Below, piece by piece: positions 44,185 to 55,400 of a stretch of DNA of 64,000 nt. This stretch comes from a virus (Duplodnaviria > Caudoviricetes), in the IMG/VR virus record IMGVR_UViG_3300007171_000004, positions 32,001 to 96,000 of that record. The stretch is one strand, 5' to 3'. Position 1 is the first letter of the stretch. Each line of letters opens with the position of its first letter. The position numbers and the translations under genes were made by a program. The notes beneath the pieces were generated by a model that did not search any database, had not been told where the DNA came from, and saw nothing but the letters and a program-made list of their open reading frames with translations.

Positions 44185-46311
44185 ATGGCCAATCAATATA
44201 ATGAAGATTCGATTCAGATTCTTGAAAGTCAAGAAGCTGTTCGTACTCGCCCTGCCATGTACATTGGTGACACTGGTAAAAAGGGTCTGCACCATCTTGT
44301 ATGGGAAATTTTAGACAATTCAGTTGACGAGCATATGGCTGGTCATTGTTCAAAAATTGATGTTATTGTATCTAAAGATAATAGATCTGTCACAATTATT
44401 GATAATGGACGTGGAATTCCTGTAGCAATTAAGCAAGAAGATCCAAAGAAGCGTTCTACTCTTGAGATTGTATTAACAGAGCTTCATGCAGGTGGAAAGT
44501 TTGGTGATGATGGTTCTGGATATGAAGCATCTGGTGGTCTACATGGTGTCGGTGCTTCCTGTGTAAACTTTCTTTCCTTAAGACTTGATGCAGAAGTATC
44601 CCGTGACAAGAAGAAGTATTCGCTTAGTTTTGATCGTGGAATTCCTGCATCTGGAGTAACTGAAACTGGTACTTCAACTTCAACAGGAACTAAAATTACT
44701 TTCACTCCAGACTATAACATTTTTGGTCAATTTGCAGTGGAAGATGCATTCCGTGAGCATTTGATTGATGATTTCGAGATTGATGAAGTTTTTGCTGAAT
44801 GTTCTGGTAAATGGCGCAAAGCTTTAATTAATGGTGAAGTTAACGGTGCTATTTTCTATGATATTTTTAAGCCAACAAATACTAGTGAACAATCTTTAGA
44901 TATTATTTACAAAATTTGGAATAAGCGGTCGAATGATAATATTCAATTTGATGAGCATGTTCTATTACGCCGTCTTCGTGAAACTGCATATCTTAATGGT
45001 GGATTGAAGATTGTTTATGAGAATAAGCACACTGGAACTAAAGAAGAATTTTACTTTGAAGGTGGGATTGCTGATTATGTCTCTTATCTAGCGTCTTCCC
45101 GTTCAAACTTATATCCTTCTAAGCCATTTTTCTTTGATAATAAGAGTGGAAAGATTAATGTTCAGGTTGCATTTCAATATGGTGATGAAGATGAAGAAAC
45201 AATCTATACCTATGCAAATAATATTTATACCCTTGACGGTGGCACTCATCTTAGTGGCTTCAAAACATCTATCACAAGAGTAGTAAATCAATTTGCTCGT
45301 AGCTCTGGTGTTCTTAAAGAAAAGGATGCTAATCTCACAGGCGAAGATATACGAGATGGAATTATTGCAATTATTTCTGTCAGACTTCCACAACCTCAAT
45401 TTGAAGGACAGACAAAGGGTAAACTCGGCTCTCAAGAAGTTGAAGGTGTTGTAAATAGACTCTTTTCTGAAGCTGTCGTTGAGTATTTTGAGAAGAATCC
45501 AAATATTGTTAAGCTTATTGCAGAAAGAGCTTTACGTTCAGCTAAGGCAAGAGCAGCTGCAAAGAAAGCATCTGAGAATATTAAGAGACAGAGCTTTTTG
45601 GGTCGTTCAGGTTCTTTGCCCGGAAAATTGTCTGATTGTAATTCTGAAGACAATGTAAATACTGAACTATTTATCGTGGAAGGCGATAGCGCAGCGGGTT
45701 CGAGCAAATTTGGAAGAGACCCAGAATTTCAAGCTGTCATGCCTATTCGTGGAAAAATCATCAATCCTGAGAAGAATGATTATGCTAGATTAATGCAAAA
45801 TGAAGAAGTTTCATCTATCATTTCTGCCCTTGGAACTGGAATTAGAGAAGATTTTAAGATTGAAGATTTAAGATATGGCAAGATTGTTATTATGACTGAT
45901 GCTGATGATGATGGAGCTCATATTGCAGCGCTTCTCATGACATTCTTCTATCGTTTTATGCGTCCTCTTGTTCTTGCTGGTAAACTATACATTGCAAAAC
46001 CACCCCTCTATCGTGTTAATGTAAAATCGCAAAAATATTACATACATTCCGATGAAGAACTTGATTCGTATCGTAAGAAGTATGGTGATAAAATTGAGGT
46101 AACTCGTTTTAAGGGTCTAGGTGAAATGGATGGAGATGAATTAGGTCATACTACAATGGAAATTGGCACAAGACAAATTATTCAAGTAGCTGTGGAAGAT
46201 GCAGAAGAAGCATCTAAGTTGTTATCGGTATTGATGGGTAGTGAAGTTGCTCCACGTAAAGAGCACATTATTAAGAAGTCCCAAGAAAGGGCTTTAGCTG
46301 AGGAAGTATGA
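44185..46311 (+). CDS. gyrB: DNA gyrase subunit B with a roughly 70 aa insertion in the ATPase domain
   Basis: EAVRTRPAMYIG, EILDNSVDE, DNGRGIP, GGLHGVG, EGDSA, PIRGKI, IMTDADDDG, RFKGLGEM. ATG 44185 after AAGGAAAG. Confidence 0.95.
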   Translation: MANQYNEDSIQILESQEAVRTRPAMYIGDTGKKGLHHLVWEILDNSVDEHMAGHCSKIDVIVSKDNRSVTIIDNGRGIPVAIKQEDPKKRSTLEIVLTELHAGGKFGDDGSGYEASGGLHGVGASCVNFLSLRLDAEVSRDKKKYSLSFDRGIPASGVTETGTSTSTGTKITFTPDYNIFGQFAVEDAFREHLIDDFEIDEVFAECSGKWRKALINGEVNGAIFYDIFKPTNTSEQSLDIIYKIWNKRSNDNIQFDEHVLLRRLRETAYLNGGLKIVYENKHTGTKEEFYFEGGIADYVSYLASSRSNLYPSKPFFFDNKSGKINVQVAFQYGDEDEETIYTYANNIYTLDGGTHLSGFKTSITRVVNQFARSSGVLKEKDANLTGEDIRDGIIAIISVRLPQPQFEGQTKGKLGSQEVEGVVNRLFSEAVVEYFEKNPNIVKLIAERALRSAKARAAAKKASENIKRQSFLGRSGSLPGKLSDCNSEDNVNTELFIVEGDSAAGSSKFGRDPEFQAVMPIRGKIINPEKNDYARLMQNEEVSSIISALGTGIREDFKIEDLRYGKIVIMTDADDDGAHIAALLMTFFYRFMRPLVLAGKLYIAKPPLYRVNVKSQKYYIHSDEELDSYRKKYGDKIEVTRFKGLGEMDGDELGHTTMEIGTRQIIQVAVEDAEEASKLLSVLMGSEVAPRKEHIIKKSQERALAEEV

Positions 46312-48833
46312 GAAAAAGTAAAAACAATACAGTAGAAATTAGTAGCGCTGTAGATAATGTTCTTGTGAAAGAATTTACAGAACTTATCGACGAGCGGTTT
46401 ACTAATTACGCTTTCGCTGTCATGGAAGATCGTGCATTGCCAGACGGAAGGGATGGTCTTAAGCCATCCCAACGCCGTACTCTTGTTGCTATGGATGATT
46501 TGAGTCTTCGTTCATCTGGTAAAACTAAGAAATGTGCTAAGATTTGCGGTGATGTTTCTGGTAATTATCACCCTCATGGAGAAGCAGTAATTTACCCTAC
46601 TCTTGTTCGCATGGCTCAAGAGTGGTCGTTACGCTATCCATTAATTCATCCTCAAGGAAACTTTGGATCTCCCGCACCAGAAGATAAATCGGCTCAGATG
46701 CGTTATACGGAGGCTAAACTCTCTACATTTGGTGATTACATGGTTTCGGAACTTTCGAATCAAGTTGTAGATTATATTCCTAACTACAATGATGAAATGA
46801 TGGAACCTAATGTCCTTCCTTCTCTTCTTCCAAACCTTATCGTCAATGGTTGTTCTGGTATTGCAGTTGGTTGGGCAACTAATATGGCTCCTCATAACCT
46901 TAGAGAAACAGCTAATCTAATTGCAGCATATATCAAGAATCAAAATCTTACTATCGATGAAATGCTTGAAATTATGCCTGGACCAGATTTTCCATTAAAG
47001 TGTAAGATTCTTGGGTCTGATGGAATTAGAAATTATTACACTAATGGTAGAGGTTCATTTCTTCTTGAGGGCTATCACACAATTGAGCAAGAGAAGAATG
47101 GTCAATGCTATATCAAAATTGTAAATCTTCCTTATGGTGGTTCTGCAGAGGGTTTTTGTCGTGAGATTAAAGAACTTGTTGAATCCCGAAAAATCGAGGG
47201 CATCACTAACCTTAAAAATCTGACAAATAAGAAGGGTATGGATGTAAGAGTTTGGGTTCATAAGTCTGCTAATGTAAATGTAGTCTTAAATTTAATCTTG
47301 AAGCATACGTGTCTTAGAACTAACTTTTCTGTAAATACCACTGTCCTATTAGATGGCAAAAAAGTAGTTGAAAATGTACCTATGCTTAAACTCGTAGAAA
47401 CATTTGTAAATCACCGAAAAGATGTCATAACACGTAAGTTTAATGCTGAATTATTTAAGAACAACAAGCGTATTCATATCTTAGAGGGTCTTATTGGAAT
47501 CACTTCTAAGATTGATGCTGTTATTAAGTTGATTCGTAATGCTGATAACAAGGAAGTTGCACAATCTGAACTTGTTTCTCAGGGATTTGTTTCTACTAAT
47601 GATCAAGCAGAAGCAGTATTGAGAATTACATTAGGTAATCTTACAAAGCTTGACACAGACTCTATGAATGATGAATTTGATAAGCTTGTGAAGAGAAATA
47701 CTTATCTTAATGAAATTCTTGGATCTGAGCGAAGACTTTTGAATTTGATTTCTAAGGAACAATTAGATTTAGCAGAAAAGATTGGAGATGATAGACGCTG
47801 TGAAATTATCTCTACTGTATTTGCCATGTCTAACGAAGAGCTTATTAAGGAAGAATCTATTGTAGTTTCTCTTACTAAGGATGGTTATATCAAGAGAGTT
47901 CCTTTAAATACTTATCGTGCTCAAAATCGTGGTGGCAAGGGTGTAATTGGTGTAAAGTCTCGTGAAGAGGATGAAGCTTCTAGTTTGTTCTTTGGCTCAA
48001 CTCATGATTACTTTATGTTCTTCACGAAGCAGGGAAACCTTTATAAGAAGAAGGGCTATGATTTACCTTTGGGATCAAGAACATCTAAGGGAATTCATAT
48101 CAACAATCTTTTGGAGCTTTCTGAGGGTGATGATCTTGCCTGTACCATGACCTTAAAGAGTCTTGATGTAGATGGGTATTTCTTGATGTCTACTAAGAAT
48201 GGATTAGTTAAGAAGAGTGAGATTCGTGATTATAATATTAATTTGCGAAAGAAGGGCACTAAAGCTATTGGAATTGTCGAAGGAGATGAATTAGCATTTA
48301 TTTCGATGACTGATGGAAACTCTGATATCATGTTTATCACTTCTAATGGTCTAGCTGCGAGATATTCAGAAGATGTTATCAAGGTATCTGGTAAAAACTC
48401 TCAGGGTTGCAAGGCTATGGTTCTTAAGGATGGCGATTGCTTATCTTCTATGATTTCGTTTGATAAGAATCATGACCCATCTGTTTTGGTGATATCTTCT
48501 ACTGGATATGGCAAGAGAACTGATGCTTCTGAATATCGAAGTGGGTCTGGAAGAAATATTCGTGGATTAAAGACCATTGATACAAATTCCCCTAAGGTTG
48601 GCAAGATTGTTAGTGCTTTAGCTGTTGCAGAAGATGATGAATTCTTGATTCTCACTGGCAAGGGATTGATTCAAAGAGTCCGTGTTAGTGATTTAAGATT
48701 GAAGGGCAGAGCTGGTTCTGGTATAAAAATTATATCTCTTAATGATGGTGATAATATCCAATCTGTTATAAAGGTTGATAAATCAGAGGAAATTGAGGAT
48801 ATGAATGAAGAAAATAGAGAGGTAAATGTATGA
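46308..48833 (+). CDS. gyrA: DNA gyrase subunit A
   Basis: DGLKPSQRR, YHPHG, catalytic MRYTEA, GyrA-box QNRGGKG, six C-terminal beta-pinwheel blades. Confidence 0.95.
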   Translation: MRKSKNNTVEISSAVDNVLVKEFTELIDERFTNYAFAVMEDRALPDGRDGLKPSQRRTLVAMDDLSLRSSGKTKKCAKICGDVSGNYHPHGEAVIYPTLVRMAQEWSLRYPLIHPQGNFGSPAPEDKSAQMRYTEAKLSTFGDYMVSELSNQVVDYIPNYNDEMMEPNVLPSLLPNLIVNGCSGIAVGWATNMAPHNLRETANLIAAYIKNQNLTIDEMLEIMPGPDFPLKCKILGSDGIRNYYTNGRGSFLLEGYHTIEQEKNGQCYIKIVNLPYGGSAEGFCREIKELVESRKIEGITNLKNLTNKKGMDVRVWVHKSANVNVVLNLILKHTCLRTNFSVNTTVLLDGKKVVENVPMLKLVETFVNHRKDVITRKFNAELFKNNKRIHILEGLIGITSKIDAVIKLIRNADNKEVAQSELVSQGFVSTNDQAEAVLRITLGNLTKLDTDSMNDEFDKLVKRNTYLNEILGSERRLLNLISKEQLDLAEKIGDDRRCEIISTVFAMSNEELIKEESIVVSLTKDGYIKRVPLNTYRAQNRGGKGVIGVKSREEDEASSLFFGSTHDYFMFFTKQGNLYKKKGYDLPLGSRTSKGIHINNLLELSEGDDLACTMTLKSLDVDGYFLMSTKNGLVKKSEIRDYNINLRKKGTKAIGIVEGDELAFISMTDGNSDIMFITSNGLAARYSEDVIKVSGKNSQGCKAMVLKDGDCLSSMISFDKNHDPSVLVISSTGYGKRTDASEYRSGSGRNIRGLKTIDTNSPKVGKIVSALAVAEDDEFLILTGKGLIQRVRVSDLRLKGRAGSGIKIISLNDGDNIQSVIKVDKSEEIEDMNEENREVNV

Positions 48834-49066
48834 GTGAAGATGTAAAACCTGAAGATGTAATTTACCATCTTGAGGCTGACACACCAGTGTTGACACAAAC
48901 TGAATATTGTGTAAAATATACTGGCGATTACAAAGCTTTAGATTTGGTAGAGGTATATCTTCAAAGAGATAATACACAATTTCCTATAGCTGCTTTTCCT
49001 GCATTTTTTGTAGCTACTGGAAAACATACACTGGAAGAGATGGATGGCAACAACACAAGCGTTTGA
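48830..49066 (+). CDS. Small hypothetical protein (78 aa)
   Basis: GAGGT RBS; ATGA overlap with gyrA. Confidence 0.65.
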   Translation: MSEDVKPEDVIYHLEADTPVLTQTEYCVKYTGDYKALDLVEVYLQRDNTQFPIAAFPAFFVATGKHTLEEMDGNNTSV

Positions 49067-51539
49067 ATATAACTTTGATTCAAGCTGCACAATCACACCA
49101 CTAAATTCCGTTCCGAAGCCTGTAATTTCATTACAGGCTTTTGGAGCTTCAGGGTCTACAATTTATTCGTACAGAGTAAGTGCTATAAATTCCTATGGTG
49201 AAACATTAGCAAGTGATCCTGTTGTCATCACTGGAAATGCGATATTAAGTAATAGTAATTTTATTAGAATATCTTGGACATCAAGTAGTTATGCTACAAG
49301 CTATAAAGTGTATGGTAGGACCGTCAATTCAGAGCAACTTTTAGCTACTGTTAATAATAATTATTTTGATGACATAGGTATTAATACACCTAATGGAACT
49401 TTACCAGCGAAAGATACTACTGGCTATGATCCAAGTAAATTAAATATTGGCAGATTTCAAAAATTATTCACGAGCACAACTACTCCAGAAAATAATTATA
49501 TCTCAAATCAACCTCATGAAATGTTTCATTTTTTTGATGAAATGAGAGTGATATACAATTCCACTTCACCTCCATTGTTATATATGTATTATGCTAATGA
49601 TGTTATTAGCTATACCGAAAGATATGATTTATTAATATTTCAAAGAAACGAAGCAAGTGGAAGTCAAATACGAAAATATCACTTGGTTATTTTTGATAGA
49701 TTTACATGGACATTCACACATAAAGGTTTTATAAATATAACATTTGCATCATCGGGTCAATCAGCTTGGGATTTTGATCTTGTTGCAATAATGGATAAAA
49801 CTACAGATGGTCTAGTCAATTTATCCACATCAACTGCTGAAGTTTCAGGAATAAATACTACATTTTTTGATAAGAAAATTTCTGTTGGGGCTAGAATTGG
49901 TTTTGGTTCTACAGATCCAGAAAAAATTACTACCTGGTATTATGTAAATAGGATTAACAGTAACACAAGTTTAACAATTGATAGATTGCCATCTGTTAAT
50001 CAAACTAACGTCCCATATATAATCGAGGAAATTAGACTTATAATATTACCCAATCCTGGGTTTGGACTATATTTTATAAAAGGCTTAAATATTGATGATT
50101 TTACAATAAATGGTACTGTAACAATACCATTTGCAAATAGAACAGATAGACAAAAAGCCTCGTATAATATCAGAGAATCATTTGTACCTACATCTACAAA
50201 TACTTATTATGGTATGTGTGTAACTCCTATCAAAGATAATAATACACAATATTTGTATATCAAGCAAGTAGATAATAATAATGTAAACAATAGGACAAGA
50301 ATATTAAGATATAACATTCGCAAAGATTTATCATTAGATGCGGGTACAGATTATAGTTGTTTTGATTTTACAACTGGCCAATTATTAGTTAACTCTTGGG
50401 GAAATGCTTATGGGGGATTGTTTCATGTTGTTATGAAATCTGGACCATATGCAAATAAACCTTCATTAATTTATAGAGGTGTTGATTTTTTTATAAGAAC
50501 GGAAGAAAGTTATATTGTCAGGAATGCATTGAATATACCTGGTGAAACTTTTTTTATACCTGCAATAAACTATGGCAATAGAATTCAAGATTTTAGAAAC
50601 TCCTATAGATATGTTTATGATGATTACACTGATTTTTTTTATAACAGCTATAGCGGGTATGGATTTTCGGCATTTAAATTTCAATTTGCAAATGAATTAC
50701 AAGGATATTATGCTATAGGTGGGCAAAATTTATACACTCCAGGTAAATGGAATCCTAAAAATACATTTAATTATCCTTTTAATGGTTACAACAAAACATA
50801 TAACGCTAAAAATGGAATAATATATACTTTTAACATAAATACATCTGTCCAAGATCTAATACATAGTAATATATTCGCAATGCCTGTAGGTGGAGATAAT
50901 GAAACACCTATGGAATATGAAAACAGAGTAATTTGTCCTGAAATTGACACCCATTCAGTAAGTAAATTTAATAAATTATTAGTCAATTATGCTGAAGAAG
51001 TAGCCTCTGAAGATTTCCCAGTGCAACCTGATCCATTTAGAGTATTTTATAGAACAACTGGAATAAAAGATAATTCAGGTACATGGACTAGATTATATTT
51101 GCCTTATGATTTATCTACTGTTAGAGTTCAAGATTCTATACAATTCATGTTCAATTTCAAAATATTTGGATTATCAATGTGTCCTGCAAGAATTCATTCA
51201 TATACATTATTGGCAGAAAAAGAAGAATTGCTTCCTAAATATTTTAAATTCAACAATAATATTACAAATCTTTCTCAAAATATATATGGATTTGAGCAAA
51301 TTAAAGTATATCCAAATAATCTTACTTTAAAAATATCTTATATTAGAAAAAAAGATAATAAATTAGTATTTACTCAAACTTCTTCTGAAACTACTTTTGG
51401 TAATTTTCAATATTTAGCTCAAGGAAATATTTGGACAAATGGTATAGGCACAAATGTAGTAGGAACACTCAGAAGATTTGTATTAACTGCCAGTGTGTTA
51501 ATATCTGATGAAATTAAAATAAAGATAGAAATAGTATAG
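49044..51539 (+). CDS. Paralog 1 of the large virion-protein array (core only: FN3-like, GARIGFGS and GI.DN.G.W modules)
   Basis: Shares YSYRVSA.N..GE.L, GARIGFGS.DP...WY, PYIIEE, DNNTQY and RT.GI.DN.G.W with paralogs 2-4. Confidence 0.8.
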   Translation: MATTQAFEYNFDSSCTITPLNSVPKPVISLQAFGASGSTIYSYRVSAINSYGETLASDPVVITGNAILSNSNFIRISWTSSSYATSYKVYGRTVNSEQLLATVNNNYFDDIGINTPNGTLPAKDTTGYDPSKLNIGRFQKLFTSTTTPENNYISNQPHEMFHFFDEMRVIYNSTSPPLLYMYYANDVISYTERYDLLIFQRNEASGSQIRKYHLVIFDRFTWTFTHKGFINITFASSGQSAWDFDLVAIMDKTTDGLVNLSTSTAEVSGINTTFFDKKISVGARIGFGSTDPEKITTWYYVNRINSNTSLTIDRLPSVNQTNVPYIIEEIRLIILPNPGFGLYFIKGLNIDDFTINGTVTIPFANRTDRQKASYNIRESFVPTSTNTYYGMCVTPIKDNNTQYLYIKQVDNNNVNNRTRILRYNIRKDLSLDAGTDYSCFDFTTGQLLVNSWGNAYGGLFHVVMKSGPYANKPSLIYRGVDFFIRTEESYIVRNALNIPGETFFIPAINYGNRIQDFRNSYRYVYDDYTDFFYNSYSGYGFSAFKFQFANELQGYYAIGGQNLYTPGKWNPKNTFNYPFNGYNKTYNAKNGIIYTFNINTSVQDLIHSNIFAMPVGGDNETPMEYENRVICPEIDTHSVSKFNKLLVNYAEEVASEDFPVQPDPFRVFYRTTGIKDNSGTWTRLYLPYDLSTVRVQDSIQFMFNFKIFGLSMCPARIHSYTLLAEKEELLPKYFKFNNNITNLSQNIYGFEQIKVYPNNLTLKISYIRKKDNKLVFTQTSSETTFGNFQYLAQGNIWTNGIGTNVVGTLRRFVLTASVLISDEIKIKIEIV

Positions 51540-51547
51540 GTGAAACA

Positions 51548-52012
51548 ATGATCAATTATGGCGAATTAAGTAATGAAATTAATTTAGATCCTGAAAATTT
51601 AGGTTATTCTACTTTACTAGAGTTGGGCAATCATGTTGGTATTGCAGAAATATTAAACAACAAATATGTAGCTGGTGAAACAGTAATTAGCATAGATAAA
51701 TTAGAAGATTATATGTTAACCACTGGAAAAATATTATTAATTGAATCTGTTTCAAAGACAGATAATCCAGCTCAAAATGCAGCTCTTTTAATATTAAGAT
51801 TATTATCTTCTAGATTACAAACATTTAAATTTGAAGAACCAGCTGTACAAAATGTTTTAGATACGCTCATAGAAAACGAAGTAATTTCTGAACAGGATAA
51901 AATTGATATTTCAAACTTAGCCCCTAAAGAAATGTTATCGAGAGCTGAAATTTTATTTGGAAAAAATACCAGCATTACACACATAGATATTGGTAATGCT
52001 TTTAGGAGATAG
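51548..52012 (+). CDS. Hypothetical helical protein (154 aa)
   Basis: ORF with GGTG RBS within the array. Confidence 0.7.
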   Translation: MINYGELSNEINLDPENLGYSTLLELGNHVGIAEILNNKYVAGETVISIDKLEDYMLTTGKILLIESVSKTDNPAQNAALLILRLLSSRLQTFKFEEPAVQNVLDTLIENEVISEQDKIDISNLAPKEMLSRAEILFGKNTSITHIDIGNAFRR

Positions 52013-52014
52013 AT

Positions 52015-52434
52015 ATGAGTGCTTTAGGACCTGATTTTAGATTTTCTGTATATAATGGAACTGGACAAACAATTGCCTCTGGTGGAATTGTTGTTAAGTA
52101 TCGTGGATGGAAATATGCTAACGATGCATCAGTTGTTTTTGACGGATCTGCAACTGTACCTCTTAACTTAGGCGCAATTCCAGCATCCCCTACAACTTTA
52201 GTAAACACTGCTTATCTCAACTCAGCAGCTATTGATAATGGTGTGACTAAGTTAATTGGAGCTACGATTGAATTTACGGTTACAGCTCCAGCATCATCAA
52301 ATGGTGATGTTATTCTTTATATTGAAAGATCGCTTGACGATGGAACAACTTTTCCTGATAATGGTTTAGGCCAAGTTATTGCTATATTAAACTTCACAAC
52401 CTCTGGTACAAAGAGAAGAATCGTACATCTATAA
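52015..52434 (+). CDS. Small beta-rich partner protein A (139 aa)
   Basis: Paralog of 61631..62056 (LGP, GQTI, TVTAPASSNG, LY.ERS, GLGQ, GTKR, VHL-stop). Confidence 0.8.
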   Translation: MSALGPDFRFSVYNGTGQTIASGGIVVKYRGWKYANDASVVFDGSATVPLNLGAIPASPTTLVNTAYLNSAAIDNGVTKLIGATIEFTVTAPASSNGDVILYIERSLDDGTTFPDNGLGQVIAILNFTTSGTKRRIVHL

Positions 52435-55400
52435 ATGTTTCCAGGAAGTTCAGAATATAATTACAAACCTGCTCACGGCTCTTCTATTAATTGGAATCAT
52501 CCTTTAACAAATGGCCTTGTGCATTGTTTTTTATTTAATGAAAGATCTGGACTTCAAATTTTTGATCTTTGTGAAAAGCCTACTGTAGGAACATTAATTA
52601 ATGGTCCCATATTTTTTCCAAAAGATTATGGTTCTATATTTTTCGATGGAGTAAACGATTATATTGAACTTATTAATGATAATTATACTTTGCCGACTAC
52701 TGGATTATCTGTATTAGCTTGGTTTAGGACCTCTGTTACAGACAAATGGTTAATAGATAAATCAGGTGGAACATACGGACCTAATGGTTTTAATTTGTCA
52801 TGCGGTTCCGTTGGTGGAGTTGGTTTTACTGTTAATTCCGCACAATCCTATAGTACTGTCAATGTATGTGATGGTAACCTAAATTTTGCTTGTGGAACAT
52901 GGAGCCCTGGTAATTTTGTAAGAACATATGTAAATGCAAATTTAGCAATGGAAGTTACAGCATCTGTACCAACTGTTATAAATTCGCCGGGACATAATCT
53001 TAGAATTGGCAGAAGGGGCGGTGGAATTGACAATTTTTCAGGTCATATCTATCAAATTTATATATATAATCGACCTTTATCTGACGAAGAAATTAGATTT
53101 TTAGACGAGAATCCATTTGCATTTATCAACCCACCTGCTGCTTTAAAATACTATTCATATAGACAGCAAGGAATTTTATACGCACCTTCTATTGCATCAG
53201 CAGAATCTATGGGTTCTGCTATCATGCCTGGTCCTGTAACATTGGGCCTGAGTTCTATTTTATCTTCAGAATCATTTGGAAAACCTACTAATTCTTTAGA
53301 TACACCTGAAAGTGGATTATTAATAGAAAGTATTAGATTTGATAGTAAATTACCTGTAACAGATCTCAATGCTTTACTATCACCATCTATATCATCTGTA
53401 GTTCCTTTTGGCTCCACAGGATCAACAGAATATACTTATCAAATCAGTGCATACAATAAATTTGGAGAAACGTTACCATCATCAGTAGTTAAAATATCAA
53501 ATGGGAACAGTACTTTAGATTCCACAAATTACAACAGAGTTAAATGGACTAAAGTGCCAAAAGCAACAGGATATAGATTGTATGGTCGAACAGGAAATAA
53601 TATGAAATTATTAACTGACCTCTACAACAATTACTATGATGATATTGGGGTTACTTTACAAAATACAACTCCTCTATCAAAGAACACGTTAGGATACGAT
53701 CATAAAAAATTAAATGTATCAGAAGAACATTTTTTATTTACGGGTCCAAAATATTTAGATAATTATGTATCTATCAAACATAGATATGATTATAATCATG
53801 GAATAGTGCAGTTATATCCAGGTCTAGGAGAAGCTATTGCTTGGTCAGATGATATAACATGGATTCTTACAGATGAATCTAGAAACTGGACAGTATCCAG
53901 ATTACACTTACATATTTATGATAAAAGAACAAACACTATAGATTATGCTGGGAATGCATATGTAAATTACCCGACTACCCAAAACTTACAACCATATGAT
54001 AAACCATATGCAAGCTATACTGTAATAAATAATGGAACCGTATCTGTTTCTGGAACTACTGTAACTGGAACAAACACCACATGGAATGATCAAAAACTAT
54101 GTGTTGGATATAGAATAGGTTTTGGATCAGACACTCCACAATTTGTTACTGATTGGTATGAAATTGCTGCAATCAATTCTAATACGTCTATCACATTAAC
54201 AAATACAGCAAATTCTTATCCTGCAAACACACCTTATGTAATCGAAGAATTAATAATTGTCACAGCTAGACATAACAGTTCTGACTTCACTAAAGCTGGA
54301 TTATTTGTAGTAAAAGGTCTAAGCTATTTTGATTTCAATAATGAGAAGCAAACAAATATTCCAGCAGCAACCACTGTAGACAGAATTAAAGCAGCATATT
54401 ATTTAGACGATACTTTAAATCATTCTTATTGGTTTCCTAATTTTGTTTGTGGTCCTAAAGTTGATAATAATACACAATATGTCTATGTGGCTAGTTTAGC
54501 GAACAATAGTGGTTCAAATAATCATATATTAGTATTTAATTTAAGAGCTGATTTGACATCACTCAGTGCTGGAGTGTCTACTGCAGCTTTTATTGCTAGA
54601 AGTAATCCTTTTGTTACTTTACAATCCCCACCTTCTAATTCGGGTAAATTAACCTTAGCTACTACTTTATCTGGCGCTGGTAAAGATATAGAGTGTTTAT
54701 ATCTAGCTATCTATGGAAGAAATTATAGAATTCCTACAAAACCACTTTTAGTGCCAAATAATAACATAATAATATATGAATTTTCTGGTGTATTTGGTAA
54801 TGGAGGCTATACCGTGAGTGGTGGATGGTATAGTATGAGACACCAAAAATACCTACCTGAAGAAGATATGTTTTATGGTATGGAATATAGTTATGGACAA
54901 TTCTGTTTCTATAGATATAAGCCAGGTTTAAGAGATGCGATTAAACTCAAAAGAAAATATTATTCTGCTCATTATTCCTATCCACACAATAAGCTAGTTT
55001 ATGATGTAGGATATGATCATAACTGGTCATTAAACCCTGTCACACATATCGCAAACGGATCAATTTTTATCACTCGTGAAGGAACTGATCAATGGAATCC
55101 AGTGCAAGTTATCAGTTATAAAGCAGATGAATTATTCGCTAAAAAATATAATGCTTTTGTCATAACCCCAGCTATTAGTACCTATAATGCAAGAAAATTA
55201 TCTAAAATAATACTGTCTGATAATTTTTGCGAAGGCGATGATAGATTTACTAAATTACCTGCTGAGTATAATTTATATATTAGAACCGAAGGTATAGAAG
55301 ATAATACTGGTGTTTGGATACCCTTAAATCGAATGCATGATTTATCTGATATCAAAGCAACAGACAAATGCCAATTTAGATTTGAATTTGTTATGATGGC

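Noticed and set aside
44725-44940. Intein or intron in gyrB
   Set aside because: Too short, no intein terminal residues or homing-endonuclease motifs, and the reading frame is continuous.
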